From: Thecamonas trahens ATCC 50062
Lineage: Eukaryota; Protista; Apusomonadida
Length of the DNA: 64,000 nucleotides
Reading direction: 5' to 3'
Assembly (NCBI RefSeq): GCF_000142905.1
Contig: NW_013657666.1
Span: 493,937 to 557,936 of the forward strand
The position numbers and the translations under genes are program-made. Position 1 is the stretch's first letter; the number at the start of each line of letters is the position of its first letter. Positions 33,601-47,200 of the stretch are shown here, in pieces. Under the pieces are notes generated by a model. That model did not search any database, was not told the origin of the DNA, and saw nothing but the letters and a program-made list of their open reading frames with translations.

Positions 33601-36600
33601 TGCGCGGTCGGCAAGCTCGCCCAGGACTGTGGTCTGCCACAAGGCAAGCGGCAAAGGGCACGCTGTGTTGACCGCCACCGCCAAGACTGAGCATCTGGAC
33701 TCGCTCGGCGCGTACCTCCTTGTCCTCCGCCCGCCACTCACCCTTATCAACGCGCTTCCGGTTCCGATGAACATTCGTGTGAGCAAAGGCAAGCGCGTGG
33801 TGTTTGAGAGCGGCATGCGGTGTGGCGAGAGCCTCCCGATCCATATCGACTATGCGGGACCAGAGAGCGTCAATCTCTCGGTCTGCCCCAAGCTGTTTGG
33901 CTGGTCGGCAGCAACTCCGCTGACGACGTCGCGGATTGTGGTCCGCGACCTGGCAGGCGCCGAGCTGCGGCTTGGCCTCCACTGCGAAGGCGAACAGGCG
34001 TTCACACTTTACGCTCCGTACTGGATGGTCAACGCCACGCGGGAGCCGCTGGTGTTCCGGCAGGCAGAGACCGTGCTGGCGCGCGACGCCAAGTCGGCCG
34101 GCCAGCACGCGCCGCGTTCGGCGATGAGCGCGCCATCACCGGTCATGTTCTCGCTCGTCCACATGGCGATGGGGAGGACAGCCCAGGTAGGCATGGCTGT
34201 GAGCGCGCGGCGGCGCGAGATGGCATGGTCAAAGCCGTTTGGCATCGACAGCGTCGGGACAACCGGGTCGGTCACAGTTGTGGCCGGCGCGCTCGCACTT
34301 GAGCTCGGGCTGGACATCAAGCTAGGACCAGGCGTGTTTCAACTCACAAAGGTGGTGACTGTCAGCTACCGAGTCGTGGTCCGCAACACACTCGAGGTCC
34401 CGATCCGGCTCCGACTCTCGACCGACCAGACAAGCAAGTCGGGAAAGGACGCCCGGATGAAACTTGAGCCCGGCGAGGCGCGGCACGTGGTGTGGCCGAT
34501 CGGCAGCGCCAGCTCGCGTCGGATGGCGATGCGGCCGCGAGGTACTGGCCATGGCTGGTCGACCGAGTTTGCGGTTGACTCCATCGGTGAGTTTGCGCTC
34601 AAGTGCACCGGCGACGGTGTGTCCATGTTCCTCTCGTGGATCCATGTGGCGCTCTCAGCGGCGACGCTGATTGTGACGATGGCGCCCGCGGCCGGCGCAC
34701 CGCCGTTTGTGGTGAGCAACGAGACACCGTTTGCAGTCTCGCTCCGCCAACTTCCAGACGGCGTGCCGGAGGTCTTTGAGCCGTGGTGCATGGCCGCGCC
34801 ATACGCGTGGGATGCGCCCCAAGGCGCGCTTCTCGCCGAGCTCGCGGTCGACGATCCGACTGCTACCGGCGCGGTCCGACTTGCACTCGCTGAAATCGGA
34901 AGCCACCACTCACATCTAGTGCTGGAGCCATCGGGCGCAGTTGTGAAGGTCAAGGTGGCGACGTCCGGGCGGACACTGCTGGTCGAGCTCTCTCCCGCCG
35001 ACGATGGCGATGAGGAGAGCGAGGGCGATGATGTCGGCGAAGACGGAGCCGAAGCCAAAGTCGGCGCCGATCGAGCGGTGTTTATCTCATTGGCGAGGCT
35101 TGCCCTCTCTCTTGTCTGTCGCCAAGGCGTGGACTCGACGGGCTCGGTGCGCGAGGTGGCACTTTTGACCGCCGAGGGTGTGTTTGCCGAAGTCAGCGTC
35201 GACGGCAGCGACCGCACGCTGTACGAACTGGCACTGCGAGAGGTCCAGATTGACAACCAGCTGCTAGACGCACAGTATCCTGTGATGTTGGCATTTGATC
35301 GGGCGCCGAACGACGACGGCGGGCGTGGAGCGTGGAAGACCAAGCCGGCAGTCCACGTCACAGCGGTGGAGCGGAGCTCGCCAGACGAAGCCGTTGTGGT
35401 CTTTGAGCATTTGGAGGTGCTTGTGCAAGCGATGCGACTCGAGCTCGACGAGGCCGCGCTGTTTGCCATCCTCGACTACATGTTCCAGTGCGCGGAGGCT
35501 TTGCCAGACGCTGCGAGTGGAGCAATGCAAGAGCGCGACGACGGCGCTGGCGCGTCGCACACCGAGGCGCTGTGCGCGCTGGAGGGTCTGTCCACCAGCG
35601 AGTTTGTAGATGCCGCCGGCCACTCGAGTGTGGTGGGGGCACTTGCGCGCGAGATTGTGCCACGGTCGCAGGTGGCGCGCAAGGGCTGTGGCAGGCAGAG
35701 CCATGACGTGCTCGCCGGGACAATGGTGTACTTTAAGGTCCTGTTCCTCTCGCCGATCTCAGTGATGCTGACCTACACCGGCAGCGGCAGCGGAGCCGGG
35801 GCACAGTACGGACAGAGCTCACAGATCTCGCGGGCGCTGGTCTCACTCGGCGTAACGATGGTCGAGGTGGAGCAAGTGGCGATTGCGCTCAACGCACTGG
35901 TTCTGGAACATGTATTCACCTCACAAGACCTCGCCGGTTGTGTGGGCCAGCACTACAGCTCGCAGTTGTACTACCAGCTGTACAAGGTCGTGGGCTCGTT
36001 TGCGGTCCTTGGCGATCCGGCTACGCTGCTCGGCGGGCTTGGCTCGGGGGTGCGCGACTTTTTCTTTGAGCCTGCGCGCGGACTCATCCGATCGCCGGCC
36101 GAGTTTGCCCGGGGTCTGGGCGCCGGCTCTGCGTCGCTTGTCAAGAACGTTGTGTATGGCGTGTTCAACACAACGTCCAAGGTGACTGGAGCGGTCGGCT
36201 CCGGCCTCGGCATGCTCTCGCTCGACGACGAGTGGCGGCGGAATCGCGAGCGATCACAGCGGGCGCGGCCGGCGCACGTGGTGGCCGGCCTGACGTCGGG
36301 CGTTCGCGACATGTCGCGCGGCGTGGCGTCGGGCATTGCCGGTCTGGTGGTCCACCCGGTGCAGGGTGCACGGAGCGGTGGCGCACTCGGCCTGCTTCGT
36401 GGGCTGGGCAAGGGCGTGGTCGGCGCAGCGGTCAAGCCGGTGACCGGCGTGCTTGACCTTGCAGCGCAGACCTCTCGAGGGATCAAGAACACAACGCGGC
36501 TGCTTGAGCGGTCTGTGACGCGCAAGCGGCGACCGCGGCTGGTAGGCATCGACAATGTGGTTCATCGGTACAATGTCGAGGGTGCACGAGTGCAGCTCCT

Positions 36601-36958
36601 GCTCCATCAACTTGCTCCTGGTGATCGGTATGCGTTCCACGTCCTCATTCGAATTGCCAGCACAAGCAGCGCCGGCGACGGCGAGACGGTTGCCGACGAT
36701 GCATACTACTGGCTCCTCGCTTCGGAGCACTGGGTCTTTCTCCTCCATCTCCGACGGAACAGGCGACGTAAGCTGCAGAGCAAGGTGGTGTGGCGGATGG
36801 CGGTGGCTAAGCTTGGATCGGTCGACGTTGACGATGACGGCGTCTCGTTGGTGGCGCGGTCGGGCAAGGTCCAGCGCGTGGCGTTGCCCGACGAAGCGCA
36901 GCGGGCGTCGGTGGTGTCGCGGCTGGTGCGTCTGGTGCCTGTGCGCGGTCTGGCGTAG
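27639..36958 (+). CDS. VPS13: VPS13-family bridge-like lipid transfer protein (~3100 aa), with one apparent frameshift at ~30023-30027
   Basis: Chorein-N (LFTRALGEYF..LGLPL..G), LELNNVHVRIE, AWFRYA, FDDIRLFR, WEPLVEPW, VAB repeats (LYAPYWMVN, WSKPFGID), VQIDNQL..YPV, GSFAVLGDP, ATG_C-like GLGKGVVGAAVKPVTGVLD and a C-terminal PH-like region. Split across ORFs 27297..30818 and 29885..36958. Confidence 0.93.
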
Positions 36959-37007
36959 CAATGAAACACAGCTCAACCGGGGGTACTACGTATACTACAA
37001 CACAAGT

Positions 37008-40000
37008 TTACATGCGCGAGAGGTCATCACAGGTCTGTAGCAGGCGATCGAGCTCTTCAAAGACCGACTGGCGCTGGCCATCGAGAACGGAGAGCTCAGC
37101 GTTGCGGGCGTCTAGCTCCTCAAGGACCATCGAGTTCTGGGCAGCCAGAGCCTGTGACTCTGCGAGGATCTGTGAGCGCGAATGGCCGGCGAGCTCGACG
37201 GAAGACCGGGCCTCGCGGAGTCAGAGAGGATGGCGTCGTTGTCGGCCGAGGTCTGGGTGAGAGCGGAGCGCGAGGAGGCGGCGGCTAGGGTGAGGTCGGC
37301 GACGACGGTCTTGGACTCTGCGAGCTGCTTGGAGAGGCGGTCGACAGCGTCGTTCGCCTGGGTCAGGTTGTATGACGCCGACTCGGCAGCAATGGAGAGC
37401 GAAGAGAGAAGGCGCTGGATGCCGCCTGTGCGGAGCGCGAGCTCGGCCTGTGCCGGCACTGGGTCAGGCAGAACGGCGTCTGGAGCGAGGAGGGCGAGGA
37501 CGCGTGGGAGCGCGGCCTCGGTTGCCTCGACGGCGAGGAGAGCGGCACCTGCCTGAGCCTCAGCGGCTCGGGTGCGCTCCTGGGCATCGTGGAGCGAGGA
37601 GACGAGGCCCATCTTTTCGGACGAGAGCGTGTCTGCCCAGCGGGTGAGGCGCTCGACCTCGGCCTCGAGCTCGGGAACACGAGCGGCGGTTGCTTGTGTG
37701 TCTGCGAGCATCTCCTGCAGCGAGGCGATGCGATCGTTGGCAGCGTCAAGGAGCGAGGAGTGTGCCGAGGCCGAGGCCGAGGTCGAGGCCGCAGTTCTCG
37801 GCGAGGGCGAGGGCGGGCGGGCGACGCGGCGCTCGAGTGACTCGACGCGGGCCTTCCAGGCGTCAGCAGCCGGCGAGTCGGGCGGGTGCGAAGGGGCGGC
37901 CCGGAGCGCGTTGCGGAGAGCGGTGCAGTCGGCCTGGAGCGCGGCAAGCTCCGCGTCCTTTGCGGCGGCGGCATCGTCTGCAGAGGCAAGACGGGCGCGG
38001 AGGAGGGCATGCTTCTTGGTGAGAGCGGCGAGCTCGGCGTGGACGTCATCGAGAGCAGTGGCAGGGACAGAGGGCCGCGCCGCCGAGCTGGCACGGAGAG
38101 CGGCGAGCTCAGCCTCGGCCGAGGTAGCGCGCATGATGGCCGACTCTAGCTGTGTGCGGAGCGGCGAGAGGTCGGCGACCTGTGACGAGAGCGAGGATTG
38201 CCCGGCTTCGGCGACCGAGAGCGCGGCTTCTGCGCGGGCAAGCGCGGCGTGTGCCGAGGCTGCATCGGCGGCCTTTGCGGCAGCGTCGGCCTTTGCGGCA
38301 TCGAGCTCTGCGCGTAGCGAGGCAGCATCGTCCTTTGCGGCGCGGAGGGCGGCGGTGGCGAGGGCAACCTCATTTTTCTCGGCAGCCAGCGCCGACTGCT
38401 CTGCGCGAAGATCGGCTGAAAGCTGAGCATTGAGGGCACCGAGCTTGGTCTTGTCGTCCTCCACGGAGGCAAGGGAGTGCTTGGCAGCGGCAAGGTCGGC
38501 ACGGATGGTGGCGAGGTCCCGCTCGTGGGCGGCGGTGGCGGCAACGGCGGCGGCGGCGGCGGCCTCTAGCTGGGCGTTGGCGTCGAGTGCGTCCTCGAGG
38601 GCAGCAGCGGCCGACTTGCGCTCAGCAAGGAGGTGCGCGACTCGTGAAGAGGCGGCGGCCTGGGCCGTGTGGGCGGTGGCGAGCTGCGACTTGAGGGTGT
38701 GGACGGCGTCATCCATGGGTGAAGCGAGCTGGAGGCACTGCGACTCGAGCGTGGTGAGGGCGGCGAGGGCGGCGGCGAGCTGGTCGTTGGAGGCTTCCAG
38801 CTGGTCGCGGAGGTCATCGTTGGCGGCGGATGCGGCGGCGGCGCGGACTGCGGCCGCATCTGCGGCGCCCTGTAGCGCGGTGGTGCGGTCCTTGAACTCG
38901 GCGGTGGCGTCGTCGAGCACCGAGGTGAGCTGGGCGGAGAGGTCTGCGATCTTTGCGTCTGCGGCGGCGACGGCGTCTGCGGCAGCGGCATCGCGGGCGG
39001 CGGCGGTCTCTTGGGCTTCGGCGAGCTGGAGCTTGGTGGCGGAGAGCTCGTTCTTGATGGACGAGTAGAGGAGCTCAAGCGAGTGGTTGGCCTTCTCCAG
39101 CTCAAGGATGGCAAGCTCACGCTTTGCGGCGTCCGAGTCGAGGGCAGCGATGCGAGCGTCCGCGACGGCAAGCGCTTCGTTTGCGGCGGCAAGATCCTTG
39201 GCGCGGGAGTCGAGCGCGGCTTGGAGCGGACCGTACATGCGCTTCATCTCTGCAGCATCGGCCACAAGGACAGCGTCGCGGTCTGCGGCGGAGCGGGCGG
39301 CCGAGGCGACAGCATCGGCGTCACCGAGCTCGGCTTCAAGGTGGGCGAGTCGGGTCCTTGCGGCCTTGAGCTCTGCAACGAGCGAGTCGTTGGCAGCTCT
39401 GGACTCTTTGAGGGCTGCCGAGACCTTGCGTTTGCCACCGGCATACTTGCGGGCGATGGCGATGACCGAGGCGAGCTCTTCGCGGAGCGAGGCGAGCTCG
39501 GCCTGGCTGGACTCGAGCTGCGCGACAGCGTCGGCGTGGGCGGTGCCGAGCTGAGCGAGCTGCTGGGTGGTCTCTGCCAGCTCAGCCGAGAGGATAGAGG
39601 TTAGTTCGGTACCCGACGCAGTCTCCTCAGCGAGCTCAGCCTGGAGCTGGACCTGGGAAGCGTTGAGCTCGTCGAGCGCCTCCTCGGCGGCCCCGAGCTC
39701 GTGGCGGATGTAAGAGTTCCAGGATGCGGTAGCGGTCGAGAGCTTGAGAGCGAGCTCCGCCGACTCGGCGCGGGCCTGGGCAAGCTCGGCCTGCGAGTCT
39801 TTGAGCAGAGCGCGGAGCTCGGCAACGACGACATGGTCTGGTGTGGACGGTGCTTGCGCTTGCGCCTGCGGCGGTGGCGGCACAGTAGGCGAGTCTGCGG
39901 CGGCCGTGCCGGCGGCGGTTGCAGCGTTGACGCTGGCGGTGGCGTAAGCGAGCTTGACCCGCTCAGTCTCGAGGACCTGGCGCTCCTTGAAGAGATCAGC

Positions 40001-40822
40001 CTCCGTAGCGGCGAGCTTTGCCTGGAGCTCCTCGTTTGCGGACCACGCCCTTGCCAGCTGCTTGCGCAGGCGATGAAGAGTGGCCTCGTCAGCGACGACA
40101 CCAGGCGCGGCAGACTCACGGAGCTTGGAGAGTCTCAAAGACGCCGCAGGGCCGACATCTTGCGCATCCTGAGGCAAAGCAGCAAGCTCATCCGAGCGGA
40201 GCGAAGCGGAGACACTCACTGCCACAGGAATGTCGATATGATGCTTGCGAAGGAGGCTCTCCAGCAAGTCGATCTTCTCATTGAGCGCATTGACGATGCC
40301 GACACCACCATCAAGACCACTGCTGTGGCCTGACATAACCGTCTCTGCATTTGGCGAAGCACTATTTCCAGCCGCGGTCGCTGCTGTAGCCTTTGCCGTT
40401 GTTGTTGTTGATGATGACGTTGTTGATGAGGACATGATCAAGTTGTTGTGATTCTCTTTGATCAGCTTCTCGTTCTCCAAAACCAACCGTTGATTCTCTG
40501 CCGAGAGCCTTGCATTCTCTTCCTCCAACTCTGCATTCTGAGCCTCCAACAGAGCCACTCTTCCCGCATAACCATCTCTGGCAGACAATGCCACACGAAG
40601 CTGTCGTTTGACAACCTCACAATCATGATTATGACAATCACCACCAATACCAGAGCCATTTCCAGAGCCATTTCCGGAGCCATTGCCAGAGCCAGAGCCA
40701 GGGCCATTGCCAGAGCCATTGCCAGAGCCAAAGCCATTGCCAGAGCCACCGGTGCTTGCTTTGCCAATGGCCATACGGGAAGATGAAGTCGACGCAAGTC
40801 GTTCCAGGACAGACGCCGACAT
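37008..40822 (-). CDS. Long Ala/Glu/Leu-rich coiled-coil protein (~1270 aa), with an apparent frameshift at ~37220
   Basis: Extensive heptad-like sequence. Adding one base at ~37220 extends the coiled coil to ...EELDRLLQTCDDLSRM* (stop 37008-37010). ATG 40822 follows the simple-repeat leader. Confidence 0.75.
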
Positions 40823-41215
40823 GCCCTCTCCCCTTAGAGTACGTCTATATGTGTGTGTGTCTCTCTGTGTGTGTATGTGTATGTAGAGAGTTGGTGGTGG
40901 TGGTGGTAATGGTGGTGATGTGTGTGTGAGGGGAGGGAGGGGGGGAGTGGTGGGGTGGTGACGGTTGGCGCGCACTGTGGTCGGTGGCCACTCGGCGGAT
41001 TTGGCGCGTCGGGTGGCGACTCGTCGGTTTGGTGTGATTTCAATCCGTGTGTATGTGTGTGTGTGTGTGGGGGGGGGATACTTATGATGGCTGCGATGTG
41101 GTGGTCGCTGCCTTCCTCTTTCTCTTTGTCTTAGTCTCTTTGTCTCGGGTTGAACATATCATCTTCTTCTCTCTCTTGTTGCTGCATTTTTGTCTGTTTA
41201 CACTCGCGGGTGGTA

Positions 41216-44200
41216 TCAGAGCTCCTCGACGTCGATGACCGCATTGAGCATGTCGTGGATGTGACCGGTCTTGGAGTAGAGGCTGTCGAGGAGACGGATC
41301 ATCGGTTCGCGCTCGCGGAAAAAGGCGCGGAGCCGCGACTGCGAGTCTGAGAGGCAGCGAGCGAGCGCGTCCGGCGCGACGTGGACCCGCCAGGTCTCAA
41401 CGACAGCCATCAGCGCCTTTTCGATCTCTGTCGCGTACCGCTCCATCTCGACCTGGACCCGAACCACCATCAGCTGGAGCTCGGCGTTCTCCTCGCGGAC
41501 GTTGACAAAGGCCGCGGCGCGCTCGGCGTTGGCCGATGCAGACTCGGCCTCGCGATGCTGTGATTGGGCGACAGCCGAGTCGGCGGCGGCCCGCGCGGCG
41601 TCCAGCTCGTCAAACACTGCCGCGAGCCGGCTCTGCGCCGCATCGAGGGCCTGCTCCAAGGCCTGCACCTCAACCTTGCTGTCGGCCTGGACCCGCGCGA
41701 GGTTGACGTGGGCGATGTCGAGGCTCTGCCGCGTCGACTCGAGCTCGGCCCGGGTCTGCGCGAGCTCTTCCTGCAGCGCCACGAATTTGCTTCCGCGGTG
41801 GCTGCGCTCGGCGCCAGAGACTTCGGCGGTGTAGGAGAGGTTGGGCGAGTCGGGATCAGCCTCGCTCTCGCTGCCGGTCTCGCTGCTGAGCGGCGGACCC
41901 CGGGCAGCCTGCCGCTCCTTGGCCCGGCGCAGCATGTCGCGGACATGATCGAGGTCGTCGCGCAGTTCTGCGTTGAGGACCTTGGCCTCTCGCAGCTCGG
42001 CGCGGAGTTGCTCCGTCACCGCAAGCGACTGCGGTGAGTCTGTCGAGGCGGCCAGCGCCTCCCGCAGCTCCACGATGACCGCCTCGAGCTGATTCACGCG
42101 GCTCGACTCGTTGGTGGCGAGGGAAGGCGGGTGCAACTCGAGCTCTGCGCGCAGGCTCTCAACAGTTGCCTCCAGCTCGGCCACGTATGTTCCGGCATCC
42201 GAGGTCTGCGGCGACTGCTGCGGCTGCAACACAAGCTTTGCGCGCAGGCTCTCGACGGTGGCCTCTAGCTCAGCCACCCGCGCACTACTATCACGGTCGC
42301 CATTGTCCTGGACAACGCGGGCAGTGCGGGCTTGGGTGCGGTTCTCGGCACGCAGGATGTCGACCGTCGCCTCGAGGTCGGCCACATATGCTGCGGTCTC
42401 CGCGTCGACCGAGGCGTCCAACGCAGCGGCACGGTTCTTGGCGCGGAGCTGAGTGCGGAGCTCGTCGAGCTCGGCTTCGAGTGCAGTTACTTCCTGATCG
42501 TGAGCGTCGCGGAGGCGGGCGAGGCGGTCGTCCGAGGCGCGACGGAGCTCAGTCAGCTCGCGGCGGAGCGCGGCGTTGGCTTCGGCGTCATAACTGTCGC
42601 CGACAGCCGCAGCTTCCTTGACCCGGCGCAGCTCCTTGGACTTGGACGCCAGCTCGCCGCACGCGGCCTCGTAGTCGAGCGAGAGCGCATCAAGCTCGCG
42701 CTGCAGTCGGTCTGCGCGGCGGGAGCTGGCGACCTCGGGCGTGGTCGGCGAGCGGGCAGCCAGATTAGCCTCTACAACATGCTGCGCGGCCGAGAGCGAG
42801 GCCTGTTCGGCGGCTACGAGCGCAGCGTTGAGCCGCGCAATCTCGCGATCGCGAGCTGCAAGCTCCGCCTCCATCTCGGTTACCAGTCCGGAAAGGTCCT
42901 CGGACGCTGTCGCGGCATCCAGGCGCGCGGTCAGATCAGCAATGCGCCGCTGAGCCGATCGCTCGGCGGCCGCAGCAGCCTCACGGTGCAGCGCCGCATC
43001 GGTTTCGACGCTCCGCAGCCGCTCACGGAGCGCCTCGAGGTCGGCGACAGCCTCGGCAGCATCGCGCTGGGCGCGGGCTTTGGCCGCCACCACCTTGGCC
43101 TCTGCGGCAGCACAGTCTTCCGATGCAGCAGCAGCGGCAGCGGCCGACTTGCGTGCATCTGACGCCGCATCCAGTGCCTCCTGCTCGGCAGCATCGGCGC
43201 GGGCACTGGCCTGGTTGAGCCGCTTGCGTGCAGTGGCGAGGGCGTGGCGGAGGGCATCGGCCTCGTCGCTCGCCGTCTGTGCCTCGTGCTGGGCGTTGGC
43301 CAGCCGCTTGGCGTTGGCGGCGGCGTCGCCACGGGCAGTCTCCAGCGCAGCCTGCAGGTCGGCCTGGGTGTCGCGACCGTGGGCCTCGGTGTCGCGCAGC
43401 AGTCGCTGCAGCGTGGCAACCTTGCGCTCGAGCTCCTCGGCGGTGGCGCGGAGCGTGGCGTTGTCGACGCCAAGCGTTGCCAGCTTGTCCGCCAGCTCGT
43501 CCTTGTCGGCCAGCGCCGCGGCAAGCTCCTTGGCGCCCGGCGGGTCGGCCATCATGGCGTCGAGAATCTCCTGGTTCGAGTTGGCCCGGTCCTTGTAGTC
43601 TTGGACCGCCGACCGGAGGGTGAGGCACTCGGACTCGAGCGCGGCAAGGGCGGCGTCGACGTCGGCCTTGGCCTCGGCTGCAGCGCGGGCCTTGGCCTCA
43701 GCCTCGTCAGCGGCTTCCCGGAGCGTGTTGTTCTCTGCTAGGAGCGTCGCTTCCATCTTGCCCTGCACCGCACGTGCACTCTCCAGCGCCTTGATCTGAG
43801 CGCGCAGCTGCTCCTCAAGCACGCTGTTTTCGTCCTCGAGGTTGGTGAGTGTGCGACCGAGCTCGTTGATCCGGTCTTCGAGCTGCTCGTTTTCAGCAGC
43901 GAGCTCGGCGGTCTTGGTCGCGCCCCGCTCAGCGGCGCGGACCTTGCCCTCGAGCACGTCGATGGTCTTGCGCGCAAGATCAAGCTCGTCGCGGAGTGAG
44001 CTCACGAGCGCAGCCTGGTTTGCCGACGCCGACGCCTCGACCGATGCGCGCTGGCTCGTGGCCTGCGCAGACTCTGAGAGCGCCGCGTGGGTTGCTGCCA
44101 GCTTTCCGCAAGGTCATTGACCGACTCTTGCAGCGACGCGTTACGCCTGGCCTCTTCTGAGAGCTCGACCTCGAGCTCTACGGCTCGGGCAGCAGCAGCC

Positions 44201-47200
44201 TCGAGACGAGCAGCGCGGGCGTCGGCCTCAGCGGCAGCGGCGGCGGCCGATGCCATCTCGGCCTCGGCCGACGCCAGCGAGGCAAGGGCAGCATCGCGCT
44301 CGGCAGCAGCCTCGGCAACGGCGGCACTGTCGGCGAGCGCAGCGTCGCGCTCGGCCCGAAGCCCGAGAACCTGCTCTTCGAGCGCAAGCGCCTTGGCCTC
44401 GAGGAGGCGGATCTGATTGGCTGACGCCGACTCGAGCGAGTCCTTGTCGGCTGCGATCTGGCGCAGCTCCGACTCTATGTGGCCGATGAGGTTGGCAGGC
44501 GCGGACTGTTGAGTCGCCGCCTCGGGCCCCGAGGCGCGGAGCGCGTCCTTGAGCGACTCGGAGAGCATGGCGTTGGCGGTTCGGACTTCTGAGACAACCG
44601 CTTGCGCAACCGCATGCTCGCGGTGTGCGTGTGCGGCGTCGGCCTCGAGCTGCGCGACCTTGACCTCAAGCTCGACGACGCGGCGGGAAGCCTTTTCACG
44701 CTCTGCGTGGATGTTGTCGATCTTGGCGGTGACTGTGTCGAGCCGCTTGGCAGCCTGCTGGGCTTGGCTCTCCTCGTGGGCCGCGGCCTGCTCAGCAGCC
44801 TGGCGAGCGGCGCGCTCGGCGGCAAGGTCAGCCTGCAGCGAGGCCACTTGCTCCGCCAGCAAATCCTTGGCAGCGCGCGAGCCCGAGTTGGAGCCTTGCT
44901 CGAGCGCGAGCTCGCGGTAGGCCTCAACCAACTTTTCCTGCAGCGCCGACGCCTCCGAGCCCGGTGGGAGGGTCGTCGACCGGAGCTGGGTCTCGAGCGC
45001 AGACATGGCGTCGCCAAGCTGCGCCACTCGCGCCTCGGTAGCGATGAGCTCAGTCTTGAGACGGGAGTTCTCGTTCTTGAGAGCCGCGGTCGATTCTGTC
45101 TCTCGGGCAAACTCGTCTTGGATCTGCTGGGCGTAGGCCTCGACCTGGTCCTGGTACGCGGTGAGTGAGGCTTCGAGCTCGGTGTTCTGATCGGTAAGCC
45201 ACTGGACTTGCTCCTGAAGCGAAGCAATGGTCTGTGCGGTCTCGGCCGAGTGGGAAGAGGCGTCATGGGCTGCCGACGCCGCATCGGTCTGAAGGGCGGC
45301 GACCTGGTCGCGAAGCCCGCGCTCCGACGCCCTGGCGGTGATGAGCTCAGTTTGCAGGTCGGCAGCGCGGGAGGTCTCGGCGCGGACCTTTTCCTCGAGC
45401 TCGGCGATGCGCGTCGAGAGCGCGTCGACGGTGGTGCCCGCAGTAGTGACGGCATCGGCGACGGCGGCCATTTGCTGCTCGGCGGCGGCCTCGGCGGCCT
45501 CGGCAGCAGCAGTGTTTGCAGCGACCGACGCGAGCTGAGCGTTGGTTTCGACCAGCTGAGCGTGCTCGGCCTCGAGAGACACGTGGTCTGCCTGTAGAGC
45601 CTTGAGATCCTCGGCCAGCACCTCGTACTCTTCCAGCGTTGGCCCAGCGCGGGCCGCCGCCAGCTCGCGATGGAGCTCGGCGAGCTCGTTGCGGAGCTGC
45701 GAGATCTGCTCCGAGTACTGGAGGGTTTCGGCGATGTGATCTTCCGACTGCTCGCGGAGACGGGCTCGGAGCTTGGCGACCTCGGTTGCATGAGCATCTG
45801 CTTCGGGCGACTTGGAGCTTTTGCGTGGCGGATCGGTGACAACCATAGTGATGGGCGCGTCGTTGCGCGGTGCGAGCATGCGGTGCTCAGGGCGGGCAAG
45901 AAGATCCTCTGCGGCGGCGGCGCGGTCCTGGGCGGCACGGAGCCGGCGGCGGAGGTCATCAACCTCGTCACGCGACACAGCATAGGCCGCATCGCGCTCT
46001 GCAAGCTCTGCGGCTATGGCAGCGAGCTTGCTCGAGTCGCGTGATGCAGCGTCGCGCTCAGCGACGGCAGCGTCGCGCTCGGCAATGGCAGCGTCGCGCT
46101 CAGCGGTGAGGGTCTGGATTTCGTCAAGGAGACTCTCGATGGTGGCATGTGTCTCCTCCAGTCGAGTTGAACGAGCCGATGCAGAGCCGGTGTCTGGGGA
46201 GAAAGAAGCGGCGGGTGCGGTTGCGGCCGAATCGGTGGGCACAGCAGGTAGCGGCTCAAAGACGGAACCCTTGTCCTCGGACTCGTGGGCCGTGGCGTGG
46301 ATGGCAGGTCCTCCATCGACGCCAGCGACTCGAGTGAAGAGCGGGCCTGAAGCACGGCTGGTGGCGACACACGCTCGCGGAGAAGAGACTGGTTGCGGGC
46401 GACGAGCGCGTCGTGGTCAGCCTTGAGCGCATCGTACTCGGCAATGACCACGGCATCGGCGCTGACCAGAGCATTGTGCTCGGTAACAAGCTCGACGTAC
46501 CGAAGCTCAAGCTCTTTGAGAGTGCGCTGGGTGTCAGTGAGCGAAGTGACGAGCGAGGCGTGGTCCGGGATGGAGCATGCCGGGGCAGAGACTGGCGACG
46601 GCGTCGCAGACGACGCGCGGGCCAGAGCGTCCTCGGCGCGAACGGTCTCGCGAACAAGCGCCTCCTGATCACGGAGCGACATAGTCTCGAGTGCATTGTT
46701 TCGGGCGGTGAGCTCGGAGACTTCGTCTTCGAGGGCACGGACGCGGACAGCAAGCTCGGCCTTTTCGGTGAGCGCTGACTCGAGGGTGGCGAGGAGTGCC
46801 GACGACGACTCTGGCGCGACCTTGGCGCTCACGAGTGCATCGCGCTCGGCGGCAAGCACAGCGGCCTGCTCCTTGGTCTGGCGGAGCTCGTCGCGGAGCT
46901 GCGAGGTAGTCGGCGACGCTGGGCGGTCGGAGTCGCTGTTGTCCGCGCGGGTGGCGGCAATGATGGCGCGGAGCTCGGCAATCTCGACCCGCTGCGAGTC
47001 GACCATCTCTTGGAGCGTGTCCTCGCGGGCGCGACCGGCCTGGCGAGTCTCTTCGAGCTTGGAGGTCACAAGCTCGAGATCGGCCTCAAGGTTGTCCATT
47101 TGCGACAGCGCGTGGTCAAGCTTAGTTTTGGCTTGCTCGCCTTCGAGCACAAACACCGTGAGCTGCGAGTTGTCGCGTGTGAGCTCCTCGTTGAGAGTGG

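Noticed and set aside
27297-36958. Two separate genes or a VPS13 pseudogene
   Set aside because: N- and C-terminal VPS13 domains are collinear and joined by one base at a G run, with no other lesions in ~9.3 kb
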